The notes: generated from the sequence alone by a model not told the origin. Positions 17,240 through 27,423 are shown, counted from the stretch's first letter. The stretch: DNA of 64,000 nucleotides from Candidatus Krumholzibacteriia bacterium (GCA_050174015.1 JBFXKG010000001.1:128001-192000); one strand, 5' to 3'. Made by a program: numbers and translations.

Positions 17240-18075
17240 GCGTGGACGGCAGCCTCTGCAGAAAAATCCAGGAAGGAGACCACCGCGAGCGCCGGGACCA
17301 GTCGGCCGTCGCCCACGTGGCGGACTGCCCGTCCTGCCGGGCCCACCTGGAAGGGGTCGCGGTCCTGGGGGACCGGCTGCGGGCGCTGCCGGGGTCCCGG
17401 GCCGTCATGCCCTCGTCGCTCAAGGTGAAGCTGCTGGGAAGCCTCGATGCCGAGCGGCCTAAGGGTGGAACCGCCGCGCCCCGAGGCGTCGTCCTGCCCC
17501 TGCTGCCCCGCTGGCGCAAGTTGATCTATCCCACGGCGCTCGCCGCCTCGCTGGTGCTGGGTTTCATCTCGGGCGGCCGCTACGTCCTGGGCGACTTCGG
17601 CGGCAAAACCCAGGTCGAACGCACAATCGGGATGTACATTCAGGACGTCACCCACGACCACTACCTGATCGAACGCATCGGCCGGCCCCTGGAGGTCGCC
17701 ATGTCCGACGAGGCGGACCTTTCGGCGTGGCTGAGCGAGTCCCTCAGCTTTCCCATCGAATTGCCGCAGACCGGGAACGAATTCGCCCTGGAAGGCGGGC
17801 GCGTCTGGCACACGGTCGGCCGGTTGTCCGCCATGGCCTCCTACCTTGGCGGGGACGGTTCGCGCAGCATCCTGTTCGGGGTGCCCGCGGCCAACCTCGA
17901 ACTGAAGGGTGCCGACTCGACGGTCATCGACGGCCGCACGGTCTTCCTGGGAGAGGCCTGGGGCCGGGAGGCCCGGGTGTGGATCGAGGGCGACCTTGCC
18001 CTGGCCCTGGTCGCTCACAAGGGCAAGCTGCCCGCGATCTGGTCCACGGAATTCCTGGGACGCGTGAATCCCTGA
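17236..18075 (+). CDS. Transmembrane anti-sigma factor (zinc-binding HxxxCxxC type)
   Basis: Overlaps the sigma stop; HVADCPSC; one TM segment (TALAASLVLGFISG); periplasmic L.GGR motif. Confidence 0.85.
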   Translation: MSVDGSLCRKIQEGDHRERRDQSAVAHVADCPSCRAHLEGVAVLGDRLRALPGSRAVMPSSLKVKLLGSLDAERPKGGTAAPRGVVLPLLPRWRKLIYPTALAASLVLGFISGGRYVLGDFGGKTQVERTIGMYIQDVTHDHYLIERIGRPLEVAMSDEADLSAWLSESLSFPIELPQTGNEFALEGGRVWHTVGRLSAMASYLGGDGSRSILFGVPAANLELKGADSTVIDGRTVFLGEAWGREARVWIEGDLALALVAHKGKLPAIWSTEFLGRVNP

Positions 18076-18091
18076 TCCAGGGCGGCCCCCG

Positions 18092-19105
18092 TCACGACCA
18101 GCTGGGCGCATCCACCAGCCGGTTCCCTTCCTGGTCCATCACCGCGTACTGGAAGCCCGGCAGGATGGCGAACGAGCCGATCCGGCCCTTGCGGTCGAAC
18201 GCCAGGTAACCCACCTGCAGGTCGCGCCACGCCGGGTTCTTACGCACGATCCGGGCGATGGCCTCGTGGCAGGCCTCGGCCGGGCTCATGCCCTGCCTCA
18301 TCAGTTCCACGATGAGGAAGCTGCCGACCGTCTTCATGACCTCTTCACCGACGCCCGTGGCGCAGGCCGCGCCCACCTCGTTGTCCACGAACAGGGCCGC
18401 TCCGATGATGGGACTGTCGCCCACCCGGCCGTGCATCTTGTAGGCGAGCCCGCTGGTCGTGCAGGCTCCGCTGAGGTCGCCGCCCCGATCCATGGCCAGC
18501 ATGCTGATGGTGTCGTGGCTGGGGTCGGAGGCCGGAGCCCAGGGATGGTACTCCGCCGTCTTAAGCCATTCCTTCCAGCCCCGTTCGGCGCGGGGGGTCA
18601 GGAGATTTTGGGGCTGGAACCCGTTCTCCTCGGCGAAATGGCGGGCGCCCTGGCCCACCAGCATGACGTGGGGGGTCTTCTCCATCACCAGGCGAGCCAC
18701 CGAGATGGGATGCATGATGTCCTGCAGGAAAGCGACCGAGCCGGCGTTCCCGTGCTGGTCCATGATGCAGGCGTCGAGGGTGACGTGGCCCTCGCGGTCG
18801 GGTCGGCCGCCGTAGCCGACCGAATCGACCTCTGGGTCGGCCTCGGTGACCCTCACCCCTGATTCCACAGCGTCCAGCGCCGGGCCTCCCCGGGACAGGA
18901 TCTCCCAGGCCGCCCGGTTGGCGGGCAGCCCGTGGTTCCAGGTGCTCACCACGAAGGGCGCGTCCCGGGGCTGGTCGAGGGCGTCGGCGATGATCCCGGC
19001 GGTGGGCAAGGGGCGACCGGGATCCTGGCCCCGGCCCAGGCTCGCGGCGCCCAGGGCGGCCAGTCCGGCGCCGGTTCCGATGAGGAATTCTCTGCGTGTG
19101 GTCAT
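18092..19105 (-). CDS. N4-(beta-N-acetylglucosaminyl)-L-asparaginase (glycosylasparaginase), Tat-exported
   Basis: Tat motif TRREFL; STWNHG, SVGYGG.PD, LDACIMD, autoproteolysis site HD/TISML, TTSGL..K..GRVGDSPIIG. Confidence 0.9.
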   Translation of the reverse strand: MTTRREFLIGTGAGLAALGAASLGRGQDPGRPLPTAGIIADALDQPRDAPFVVSTWNHGLPANRAAWEILSRGGPALDAVESGVRVTEADPEVDSVGYGGRPDREGHVTLDACIMDQHGNAGSVAFLQDIMHPISVARLVMEKTPHVMLVGQGARHFAEENGFQPQNLLTPRAERGWKEWLKTAEYHPWAPASDPSHDTISMLAMDRGGDLSGACTTSGLAYKMHGRVGDSPIIGAALFVDNEVGAACATGVGEEVMKTVGSFLIVELMRQGMSPAEACHEAIARIVRKNPAWRDLQVGYLAFDRKGRIGSFAILPGFQYAVMDQEGNRLVDAPSWS

Positions 19106-21915
19106 TGGTCATCCTCGGTGGCTGGTTCCATGGCGACGGTGGCGATCTCATGGGGGGCCAGGGGAACGACGATCTGCCGTCCCCCCCGGACGACGGCCGC
19201 AGGGCCCCGGTCCAGCGGCAAGGGATCCTCGAGGATCCCGAGCTTTTCGGCATCGAGGGCGGCGAATCCCAGTTCCAGGCGCTCCACCGTGGGCGACGGA
19301 GATTGATTGTACATTCTGACGAGCAGGCGGCCACCCTTTTCCGCGCGGGTGATTGCGGTGATGGCGGTCCGGGGATCGGTCTTCTCCAGGAGGGATCGGC
19401 CCCCGGGGCGGCCGCCCTCGGCCACCCCCTGGCCGGTCAAGGGGGGCGTCCGGAACCGTTCGCTCGCTTCCCTGACTCCGGCTTCCAGGGGATCCCCGGA
19501 AAAAGGCATCACCGCATAATGGAAGACCTGGGTGTCGAGGCACTGCGCCCCCGGCGTGAAGAGGGTGGGACCGGCGTTGAGGTTGTTGCGCGTCGACAGG
19601 TCGTCCCGGGACAGCCAGTCGACGCACCGCAGGAGCGTCAGGGCGAAGACCGCCCCCCCGTCCGGGCAGGCCCAGGCCTCGAACTCGGGCAGGCCGCGGT
19701 TGAGGATGGCCAGGCCCTCCGATCCGTCCTCGAGGAGGCTGAAGTCCTGCTGGGGCCAGGTCGCGGGCGCCGGCTGGGTCCAGTTGTCGCCTCCGGGGCG
19801 CCCCAGGGGTCGCCGGTTCAGGTGGAAGTGGCCGTCCGAGACGACGTGGCCGGTTTCCAGTCCGGTGGGGAACCAGGCGCGCAGGCGGTGGTCGCGCGCC
19901 CGGTTGACGAACCGGGTCGTGACGTCCAGCCGGTCGCCGCCCGCATCCAGTTCGATGCGCACGGTCACGTCGCAGGGCACGGTCCGGTCCTCGCGACCCA
20001 GGCGATCGGGGCGCAGGGCGCGCGGCAGGCTCCAGCGGAATCGGGCCTCGATGGCGCCCTTGAGGCCCCCCGGGTCGAGGATGACGACCTTGCCCTCGCA
20101 GCCCGCGCTGAAGACCTGGCCGCCGGTGGGGCACGGACACCAGTCGTACTCGTCGCCGCGGTCCTCCCGGTCCTCCAGCAGGTTCAATCCGGGCCAGGTG
20201 CGGCCGCTGCGGCGGTCGCTGAGATCGATCGTGCCGTCGGGGTGCAGCACTGCGGCGATGATCCCGTTGTCCAGGATGGCGCCCCCGGCCGACCGGGAGA
20301 CCAGGACGGGAGCCACCGGTTCGGGCGGAGCGGGATGGCGGTCGTCGCGCAGGAAGAACCGGGCGTGCCCGCAGGCGGGCAGGTCGGCGGCCAGGAACCG
20401 CAGATGCACGAAGCAGTCCCGGGTGTCGCGGTCGGACGCGTCGCCCAGGATGCGGTCGCCGAACCGGTCGAGATAGACCTGCAGCTGGTCCAGCTGGTCG
20501 TCGCAGGACAGCTCCCTGCGGTAATCGATTCCCCAGAACCTCTCGATGAAGCGGCGGTCGAGGATCTCGCAGGGGACGTCGCGGCCCTGTTCGTCCTCCA
20601 GGCGCAGATGGTCCAGGTCGTAGCCGAGAGGCTGCAGGACCAGCAGGCGGTCGACGACCTCGGACCGGCGGCTCGGCAGGGGGTTCAGGACCGTCACCAC
20701 GACGGTGCGGTCGTGCTCCTCCGTCGTCCCGAAGAGCGGGGCCAGCCGGTCCATGAAGCGCGACAGCCACTGCTCGGTGGTCTGGCGCACCGCAGCGAAG
20801 CGGGTCTCCATGTCCAGGTGGACCGCGTCGATGCTGCACCCGCAGATGGAATCGTGGGGGTGGTTCAGCAGCAGCGAGCGCCAGGCGTCCTGCAGGAGGC
20901 CCCCGGGCCAGGGGCCGCCGGCCAGGAAGTGTTCCCAGGCCGCCGCCGGTTCGAAACAGCGGGTCAGCAGCGTCTGGCAGCGCTCGTTCTGCTGCTTGAG
21001 GTACATCCGGGCGGACCACACGCCCGACAGGATGGGGTGATCGCGCGATCCGAGCAGTTCCCCCGCGTGGACGGCGCGTCGCTCGTCCGGGAGTTCCTCG
21101 CGGGCAGCAGCGAGGAAGTCGATGAAGGATCCGTGCCGCCATTCGGTGGAAGGGTAGGCCTCGGCGAGGGCAGCCATGACGGTCCCGAAGTCCTGCTGGG
21201 GAGGGAAGTGGTCGCAGCCGTTGTTCAAAAGGGCGGGTTCGGCGCCCGGCCGGCCGGCCATCGCGGCGAACAGGGTGCCCACGCGTTCGATAGCCCGGGG
21301 GATCTCGACCTTGCGCCGCGTGTGGGCGTGCCAGATCTCCGCGAAGCCCAGGCCCCCGGCGTTGCAGTAGCCTTCGCACTGGTTGACGGCCAGGACCTCG
21401 GAGCCGTCGGGGGCGGCCCAGCGGAAGATCCAGCCCAGTTCCGCCGCCTCCTCGCCCAGGCCGCGGGTGAAGATGAAGCTGTCGATACCTGCGAGCCGCA
21501 GGATCTGGGGCAGCTGGGCGACGTGGCCGAAGCTGTCGGGCATGTACCCGACCGCCTGGATGCGCCCCTCGGCCGCCGGGGTCCAGGCGCCGAATCGGAG
21601 GTTGCGGACGGTGGCCTCGCCCGAGACCAGGAACTCGTCGGGCAGGATGAACCAGGGCCCGACGGAGAGTCTGCCGGCGCGGATCAGGCTGCGCACCCGC
21701 TCGGTGCGCTCGGGGACCGTGGCCAGGTAGTCCTCCAGGACGGCGGTCTGCCCGTCCAGGACGAAGTGCCGGTAGGCGGGATCGCCGTCCAGCGCGTCGA
21801 GGATGCGATCCACCGCGGCCACCAGGTCCACGTGGAAGCGGTGCCGGGTCCGGTACCACTCGCGATCCCAGTGGGTGTGCGACACCAGGAAGGCGCGGCG
21901 GGGGGGCGCCACCAC
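19102..21915 (-). CDS. GH38 alpha-mannosidase
   Basis: VSHTHWDREW, FVLDGQT, GPWFILPDEFLVSGE, YMPDSFGH, NGCDH, NHPHDSICGCS, TLLRCV. Confidence 0.92.
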   Translation of the reverse strand: MVAPPRRAFLVSHTHWDREWYRTRHRFHVDLVAAVDRILDALDGDPAYRHFVLDGQTAVLEDYLATVPERTERVRSLIRAGRLSVGPWFILPDEFLVSGEATVRNLRFGAWTPAAEGRIQAVGYMPDSFGHVAQLPQILRLAGIDSFIFTRGLGEEAAELGWIFRWAAPDGSEVLAVNQCEGYCNAGGLGFAEIWHAHTRRKVEIPRAIERVGTLFAAMAGRPGAEPALLNNGCDHFPPQQDFGTVMAALAEAYPSTEWRHGSFIDFLAAAREELPDERRAVHAGELLGSRDHPILSGVWSARMYLKQQNERCQTLLTRCFEPAAAWEHFLAGGPWPGGLLQDAWRSLLLNHPHDSICGCSIDAVHLDMETRFAAVRQTTEQWLSRFMDRLAPLFGTTEEHDRTVVVTVLNPLPSRRSEVVDRLLVLQPLGYDLDHLRLEDEQGRDVPCEILDRRFIERFWGIDYRRELSCDDQLDQLQVYLDRFGDRILGDASDRDTRDCFVHLRFLAADLPACGHARFFLRDDRHPAPPEPVAPVLVSRSAGGAILDNGIIAAVLHPDGTIDLSDRRSGRTWPGLNLLEDREDRGDEYDWCPCPTGGQVFSAGCEGKVVILDPGGLKGAIEARFRWSLPRALRPDRLGREDRTVPCDVTVRIELDAGGDRLDVTTRFVNRARDHRLRAWFPTGLETGHVVSDGHFHLNRRPLGRPGGDNWTQPAPATWPQQDFSLLEDGSEGLAILNRGLPEFEAWACPDGGAVFALTLLRCVDWLSRDDLSTRNNLNAGPTLFTPGAQCLDTQVFHYAVMPFSGDPLEAGVREASERFRTPPLTGQGVAEGGRPGGRSLLEKTDPRTAITAITRAEKGGRLLVRMYNQSPSPTVERLELGFAALDAEKLGILEDPLPLDRGPAAVVRGGRQIVVPLAPHEIATVAMEPATEDDQ

Positions 21916-21916
21916 G

Positions 21917-22939
21917 TCACTCCCCTTCGGCCCGGCGCTTCACGGGTCTGCAGGCGGCCACGAGCCGGTCCAGGGACGAGACCGCATAGCCCACGGTCGT
22001 GTCGGCTGCGCCGTAGAAGAGGTGGACGCGGCTCTCGGCCAGGAACATCCCCGAGGGGAAGACGACGTTGGGGACCTGCCCGGTCAGCTCCCACAGCTCG
22101 CGGGGCTCCAGGAGGTTCTCGTCCGTCCGGGCCAGGACCAGGGTGGGGTCGTCGCGGTCCAGCAGGACGGCGCCCACCTGGTAGATGTTGGCGGCCTGGA
22201 AGTGCGTGGCCACGCCGTGGTAGAGGTGGAGCCAGCCATGCTCCGTGAACACGGGCGGCGGCCCCGAGCCGATCAGCTCGTCCCAGAAGTGGGGGCGGCC
22301 CTTCAGGACCACGCCCTCGGGGCGCCAGTGGACCAGGTCCGGCGAACTGCTCAGGACGATGGCGTCCCCGGTGGCCGGCATGTCACGGTGGATCTTCTTG
22401 TTCGGCCTTTCCAGGAGCAGGTAACGGCCGTCCTGGCGGACGGGGAACAGCACGCCGTTGCGCGTGTCGTGGTCGCCGACGAAGCCGATGAGTTCCAGCC
22501 TCTCCAGTCCCGCGAAATCCCCGGCGCGGGATCCGGCGGCGCGCCAGATCGCCAGGCGGCAGCCGCCCTCGGTGTCCACGGCCGTGGTGACCAGGAGTTC
22601 CCCGTCGAGCATGGTGATGCGGGGGTCGTAGACGTGGAAGACGCGCATGGCCGGCATGCCCAGTGGGCTCCAGGAATCCTGCAGGCCCACGAATTCCACG
22701 GGGTGCTCGGCGATGCGGAAGGGCTTGCCCGGCCGGGTGGCCGCCGGCACGGTGAAGGTCCGGCGTCCACGCGTCTGGACGCGCAGCAGCAGGATCACGC
22801 GCCCCGGGGAACCGTCGTCCTGGGGCAGCATGACGGCCCCGGGGTTGAAGACGCTGCTGGGATCGGTGATGTGCGGGGGCATGGCCGGGATGTCGTGCCG
22901 GCTCAGCAAGGGCCCCGTCCCGCGGCGGCGGAACGTCAT
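21917..22939 (-). CDS. GH130 family beta-mannoside phosphorylase/hydrolase
   Basis: VFNPGA, YDPRIT, RNGVLFP, IGSGPPP, WLHLYHGV, GQVPNVVFPSG, YGAADT. Confidence 0.9.
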   Translation of the reverse strand: MTFRRRGTGPLLSRHDIPAMPPHITDPSSVFNPGAVMLPQDDGSPGRVILLLRVQTRGRRTFTVPAATRPGKPFRIAEHPVEFVGLQDSWSPLGMPAMRVFHVYDPRITMLDGELLVTTAVDTEGGCRLAIWRAAGSRAGDFAGLERLELIGFVGDHDTRNGVLFPVRQDGRYLLLERPNKKIHRDMPATGDAIVLSSSPDLVHWRPEGVVLKGRPHFWDELIGSGPPPVFTEHGWLHLYHGVATHFQAANIYQVGAVLLDRDDPTLVLARTDENLLEPRELWELTGQVPNVVFPSGMFLAESRVHLFYGAADTTVGYAVSSLDRLVAACRPVKRRAEGE

Positions 22940-24099
22940 GGTCTGACGCCACTTTCTCCGGCGGGTCCAGGAACGCCCTCGAGGGGAGCGCGCACCAGCC
23001 GTCCGGTCTTGTCGATGGTGAATGAACCGTTTGCGGTGGTCAGGACGGCGTGGAACAGATCGTCCTGGCCGTGCATCCGCAGCCGGGAGCGCGGAGGATC
23101 CTCCAGCAAGACGAGGCCGGGATCGAGGGGGACGAGTTCACCGAGCGACCCGGCGAAGCTGCCGTGGCGTTCGTGGTGCTCGCGCTGGGCGTAGTAGAGG
23201 GGCATCAATGCCTGGGCGTCGGCGATGCTGAGGTGCTCGGGGGAACCGTCGAACGGGCCGGCCTCACGGCCGGCCATGAACATCACCTCGCCCCACATCT
23301 CGGGGTAGTGCATGGCGATCAGACCCTGGGGGGACCAGACCCAGTTGTGCTCGGGCAGGGGACGGCCCCCGGCGGCGAGGCGCTTGGCGTAGGCCCCGTC
23401 CTCGACCTCGAGATCCCACTGGACCCGCGAGAAGTTCACCCGCCAGACGTCGCCGGGGCGGGGCGGGGAGGGCCGGCCGGCGCATTCGGCCAGCACGGCC
23501 CAGGGGATGGCGATCTCCACCGACCAGCCCGCGTCCGCGTCCCGGGGATCGTTCAGGGTTCCTTCCAGGCTGACGGCCGTCCTCAGGCCCTGGATGTCCC
23601 AGGCATTCACCGCGGGGGCCCCGTCGCGGTAAGGCTTGACCAGCAACAGGTCCCACTCGGTGCCCAGGGCGTTGATCTCCAGCTCGTAGTAGAGGTGGTT
23701 GTCGCCGTCGGGATCGATGAAGACCTCGAAGTCGTTGTCGTGGTAGATGACCGAATCCCGCTCGCGAAGTGTGGCCCACAGATGGGGTTCCTCGAGCTCG
23801 GCGCCGACGTAGAAGAAGCGGTCGTCCCAGATCATCTTGGCCCGCGTGGCGAACCGGGGCGTGGGCCGGGCGGGACCCTCGATGTCCACGAAGGGGTCGC
23901 TCCAGGGAGCGGCGTCCCATGCGGAATCGTCCAGGGACCCGTCGATGACCGGGGGGACGGCCACGGCCGCACAAAGGTACTGCCGCGGCTCGAAGGCGAT
24001 GGCAGGCCGCGGGAAGGCGCCCGCTGCGGGCGCCTCGTGAAGGAGAATCCCTACGAGGACCAGCGCGGGGGCGACGACGTGGGAACTGTGCATGCGCAT
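22936..24099 (-). CDS. Carbohydrate-binding family 9-like exported protein
   Basis: PVIDGSLDD.AW, DNDFEVFIDPDGD, YYELEINALGT, WRVNFSRVQW, NWVWSPQG..MHYPEMWG; start taken at 24099. Confidence 0.85.
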   Translation of the reverse strand: MRMHSSHVVAPALVLVGILLHEAPAAGAFPRPAIAFEPRQYLCAAVAVPPVIDGSLDDSAWDAAPWSDPFVDIEGPARPTPRFATRAKMIWDDRFFYVGAELEEPHLWATLRERDSVIYHDNDFEVFIDPDGDNHLYYELEINALGTEWDLLLVKPYRDGAPAVNAWDIQGLRTAVSLEGTLNDPRDADAGWSVEIAIPWAVLAECAGRPSPPRPGDVWRVNFSRVQWDLEVEDGAYAKRLAAGGRPLPEHNWVWSPQGLIAMHYPEMWGEVMFMAGREAGPFDGSPEHLSIADAQALMPLYYAQREHHERHGSFAGSLGELVPLDPGLVLLEDPPRSRLRMHGQDDLFHAVLTTANGSFTIDKTGRLVRAPLEGVPGPAGESGVRP

Positions 24100-24262
24100 G
24101 GGGAAGATGCCAACCGCTCCTTGCCCTTGGGGTCGACCGGACGGGATCCTAGCACGGGAACGCCGCCCCGTCACCTTCCTGGTGGCCCCATGGCCCCGGG
24201 ATTCGCGGCCGGGAAAGGGCTGGATGGTAGAAATCGCTGCGGATTTGTGGTTTAATTATGGG

Positions 24263-26608
24263 ATGGGGTTCAGGTTCTCAACTTTGAAGGGACGACAGTT
24301 GGCCCCGAGGTTCTCCGGGAGGCAATCCCCGGTCCGCCCATCCCTGCCGTTGGTGCTTCTGACCGGGCTGGTCCTGTCCGCCGCCGGGCCGGCGCTCGGG
24401 ACCGCCACCCCCCCGGTGCGGATCACCGTGGATGCGGTCCTGGGGGAGTTCCAGGAACTCGGCAACGTCCTGGGTCTCGAGGAAGGGGCCGGGATCGGCT
24501 TCGATCCGGCCCTGGATGCCCCTGAACCCGCCCCGCCCCCCGCCCGGTATCTGAGCGTCTACTTCCCCCACCCCGACTGGCCCCTGGGCCACCGCTACCT
24601 GCGGGACATCCAGGCTCCGGTGGCAGATGGGGCGGTCTGGCGGCGCTGGCGCCTGCGTCTGGAGACCGATCAGCAGGGCGCGGTCACCCTGGACTTTTCC
24701 CATGATCTGGTGGACCCCGCCGCATGGCGGCTGATCCTGCAGGACGTCGTCACGGGACGGCGCAGGAACCTGCTCCGCAATCCGGTCGTGGAATTTTCCC
24801 AGTCCCCGGGGGCCAGGGAATTCGACGTCCTGCTCATGCCCAGGACCCCGGAGGGGTTCACCCTGACGGTGGCCGGATCGTCGGGGGCCCTGACCGACGC
24901 CGGGGTTCTCATCGGCACCGAGGTCGGCGCCACCGACGGGTTCGACGGCGCGTTGGACGCTCCCCGTCCCGCTCCCCCGCCGACCGGCTTTCTGCAACTG
25001 GATCTCGAACACCCGGATTGGCCCCTGGGCTGGCGTTACGGGGTCGATTTGCGCGCACCGTTCGATCCCGCCCTGGACCGGGCGCGATGGCCGCTTGTGG
25101 TGGAGACCGACCAGACCGGGCCGGTCAACCTCACGTTCGCCCCTTCGTTCCTGCCGATCCCGGAGGTCAACCTGGCCCTGCTGGACCTGGTGACGGGGAT
25201 CGTCCACGATCTGCAGCCTTCCCTCGCGCACACCTTCATTCCCGGTGGCGGCCTGCACCGTTTCGAGATCCTGGTGGGAGGCCCGGCGCTGCCGCCTCCG
25301 GCCCCTGTCGAGATTCCGGTCCCGGCCGGGTATTCCCTGCTCGGGTTCCCGCGCGTGCCGCCTCCGGATCTGGCCACCCTGGCCGACGTCCTGCTGGACC
25401 AGGCGCCTCCGGGAACGAAGGTCTTCGGGTTCGTGGACGGCTTCGGCTATGAAGAACTGTCCCCCGGGGAACCGGTGGCCGCGGGCTCGGGATGGTGGAT
25501 CGAGAGCCCCGGTCCCTTCACCTGGGTCCCGCCGGGCGAACGGGCGATCTCACCCGTGGAGGTTCCCCTGCAGGCAGGCTGGAACCTCGTCGGCTCCCCC
25601 TTGTGGTTTCCCGGCGACCTGGAAGACGTCGAGGTGGTGCAGGACGGCGCGTCCCACCCCTTCTGGGGTGCGGTCAAGCTGGGCCTGGTTCACGGCGGCG
25701 TCTTCGGTCATGCGCAGGATGGTGCCCCCTGCATTTCGGTCGGCACCCTGGAACCCGGGACCGGGTGCTGGATCGCAGCTCTCGAACCCGGCCTCGTCCT
25801 GCGCTTCGATCATGCCGCATTCCTGTGGGGCGAGGACGCTCCCGGCCCGCCCCGCGACGACGGCGCCCCCTGGCTCGAGCGCTGGCGGATCCCCCTGGCC
25901 GTGGGGGACGGCGCCGGCGTGACCGCGGGCATGATGTTCGGGGTTGGTCCCTCGGCGAAGGACGGGCTCGATGTCCTGTGGGATCAACTCGCACCTCCCG
26001 CGCCTCCTGGCGGAGTCGAGCCATCCGCCTGGCTGAACCGCGGGGGCCGGCGGTTGCTTCGCGATCTGACCAGCCCCTGGGACGAGATCCTGCAGTGGGA
26101 GGTCACGGTCCGCCGGACCGCGGCCGGGGCCGTCACGCTCGCCTGGAATCCGGAACTGCTGCCCTGGTGCGTGGACCTGGGGATCCTGCGGGCCGGGGAT
26201 GGACGGGTGATCGTCCCCAGCATGCAGGACGTCGGGTCCGTCACCCTGACCATGCCCGCGGGGGTGGAGTCCCTCATCATCAAGCAGGTGGACGGGGCCG
26301 CCGACAAGGCCTCGGTTCCTGCGCCGGCGTCTGGGCTGGGGGCCTTCCCGAATCCCTTCAATCCGCTGACGACCATCCGTTTCTTCCTGAAGGAACCGGG
26401 ACCGGCGAGCCTGCAGATCGTCGATTTGCGCGGCCGGAGCATCACCGGCTGGACCTGGGAGGATTTGCCGGCGGGATCCCATTCCACCCAATGGAACGGT
26501 CTGGACGCCGCGGGACGGCCCGTCCCGAGCGGAACCTACCTGGGATTCCTGAAGACCCCAGGAAACGCCGGCGAATCCGTTTCCTGCAGGATGAATCTGG
26601 TGCGGTGA
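24263..26608 (+). CDS. Exported non-catalytic protein with repeated GFD..LD.P.P.PPP...HPDW domains and C-terminal FlgD-Ig domain
   Basis: Homologous to the C-terminal part of the giant protease (YFPHPDW, LQAGWNLVGSPLWFP); ends AFPNPFNPLT...GTYLGFL...RMNLVR; start uncertain. Confidence 0.75.
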   Translation: MGFRFSTLKGRQLAPRFSGRQSPVRPSLPLVLLTGLVLSAAGPALGTATPPVRITVDAVLGEFQELGNVLGLEEGAGIGFDPALDAPEPAPPPARYLSVYFPHPDWPLGHRYLRDIQAPVADGAVWRRWRLRLETDQQGAVTLDFSHDLVDPAAWRLILQDVVTGRRRNLLRNPVVEFSQSPGAREFDVLLMPRTPEGFTLTVAGSSGALTDAGVLIGTEVGATDGFDGALDAPRPAPPPTGFLQLDLEHPDWPLGWRYGVDLRAPFDPALDRARWPLVVETDQTGPVNLTFAPSFLPIPEVNLALLDLVTGIVHDLQPSLAHTFIPGGGLHRFEILVGGPALPPPAPVEIPVPAGYSLLGFPRVPPPDLATLADVLLDQAPPGTKVFGFVDGFGYEELSPGEPVAAGSGWWIESPGPFTWVPPGERAISPVEVPLQAGWNLVGSPLWFPGDLEDVEVVQDGASHPFWGAVKLGLVHGGVFGHAQDGAPCISVGTLEPGTGCWIAALEPGLVLRFDHAAFLWGEDAPGPPRDDGAPWLERWRIPLAVGDGAGVTAGMMFGVGPSAKDGLDVLWDQLAPPAPPGGVEPSAWLNRGGRRLLRDLTSPWDEILQWEVTVRRTAAGAVTLAWNPELLPWCVDLGILRAGDGRVIVPSMQDVGSVTLTMPAGVESLIIKQVDGAADKASVPAPASGLGAFPNPFNPLTTIRFFLKEPGPASLQIVDLRGRSITGWTWEDLPAGSHSTQWNGLDAAGRPVPSGTYLGFLKTPGNAGESVSCRMNLVR

Positions 26609-26743
26609 TTGCATGGGTGAAATCAATTTGTAATTTTTCAATGCTTTTCGAATGAATTCTGTTGCGATTAACATTCATTTTTGATAGTCTCTTGGCTCCA
26701 ACATGCCACCTTGTTTTTTTCCTTTGCTTTCGGGGGGGTCACC

Positions 26744-27340
26744 ATGAAACGCTTCTCGCTCATGACGGCAAGCTTGCTCTTGCTTCTTTTGCCTTTCGCA
26801 GCCCAGGCTGAGTGCTTCATCGGCGGGAACATCGAGGCCGTGGAGAATCCGGATCCGTTCGGCCCGGCCTGGGTCTACACCCTGACGGTGACCTGGGACA
26901 ACGACGTCCGCTTCGACCTGAGCCACATGGACCTTCTGCTGGATGCGGTGGGCGGCAACTGCACCCAGGCCGATTTCTCCAGCATCCTGTCCTGGGGCGA
27001 TCCCATCGGCTCCTCCGACGGCAACGGCGGCTGCACGGTCCACTACCAGGCCGAGCTGACCGCCAACGGAGATCCCAGCATTCCGGACGTGACGGGGATC
27101 CTGCTGAAGTTCGAGCCTTACGAGGACGGCTGCGAGCCCGACAACGTGGGCACCGCCACCTTCGTGTTCTACTCGGATCTCGCCCCGGTCCCCGTGGACG
27201 AGGAGATCCTCTCCCTGGTCGACAAGTTCGCCGGTCAGTACTGCTTCGGGAACTTGACCGGGTCCTTCCCCGGCATGGACTGCGACCCGGTGGACAGCGA
27301 AGCCGTGAACTGGGGCTCGGTGAAGGGCATCTTCCGGTAA
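26744..27340 (+). CDS. Exported Cys-rich acidic protein ending NWGSVKGIFR
   Basis: Signal peptide MKRFSLMTASLLLLLLPFAAQA; 6 Cys; tandem paralog of 27531. Confidence 0.85.
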   Translation: MKRFSLMTASLLLLLLPFAAQAECFIGGNIEAVENPDPFGPAWVYTLTVTWDNDVRFDLSHMDLLLDAVGGNCTQADFSSILSWGDPIGSSDGNGGCTVHYQAELTANGDPSIPDVTGILLKFEPYEDGCEPDNVGTATFVFYSDLAPVPVDEEILSLVDKFAGQYCFGNLTGSFPGMDCDPVDSEAVNWGSVKGIFR

Positions 27341-27363
27341 ATCGCTGATTTTCAAGTTGTTAT

Positions 27364-27387
27364 GCGCCCCCGGAACGGGGGCGCTTT
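27364..27387 (+). terminator. Rho-independent terminator
   Basis: GCGCCCCC-GGAAC-GGGGGCGC-TTT. Confidence 0.7.
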
Positions 27388-27423
27388 CAATTTCGCAACT
27401 ATTATCCCGATCGGCAAGAAAAA

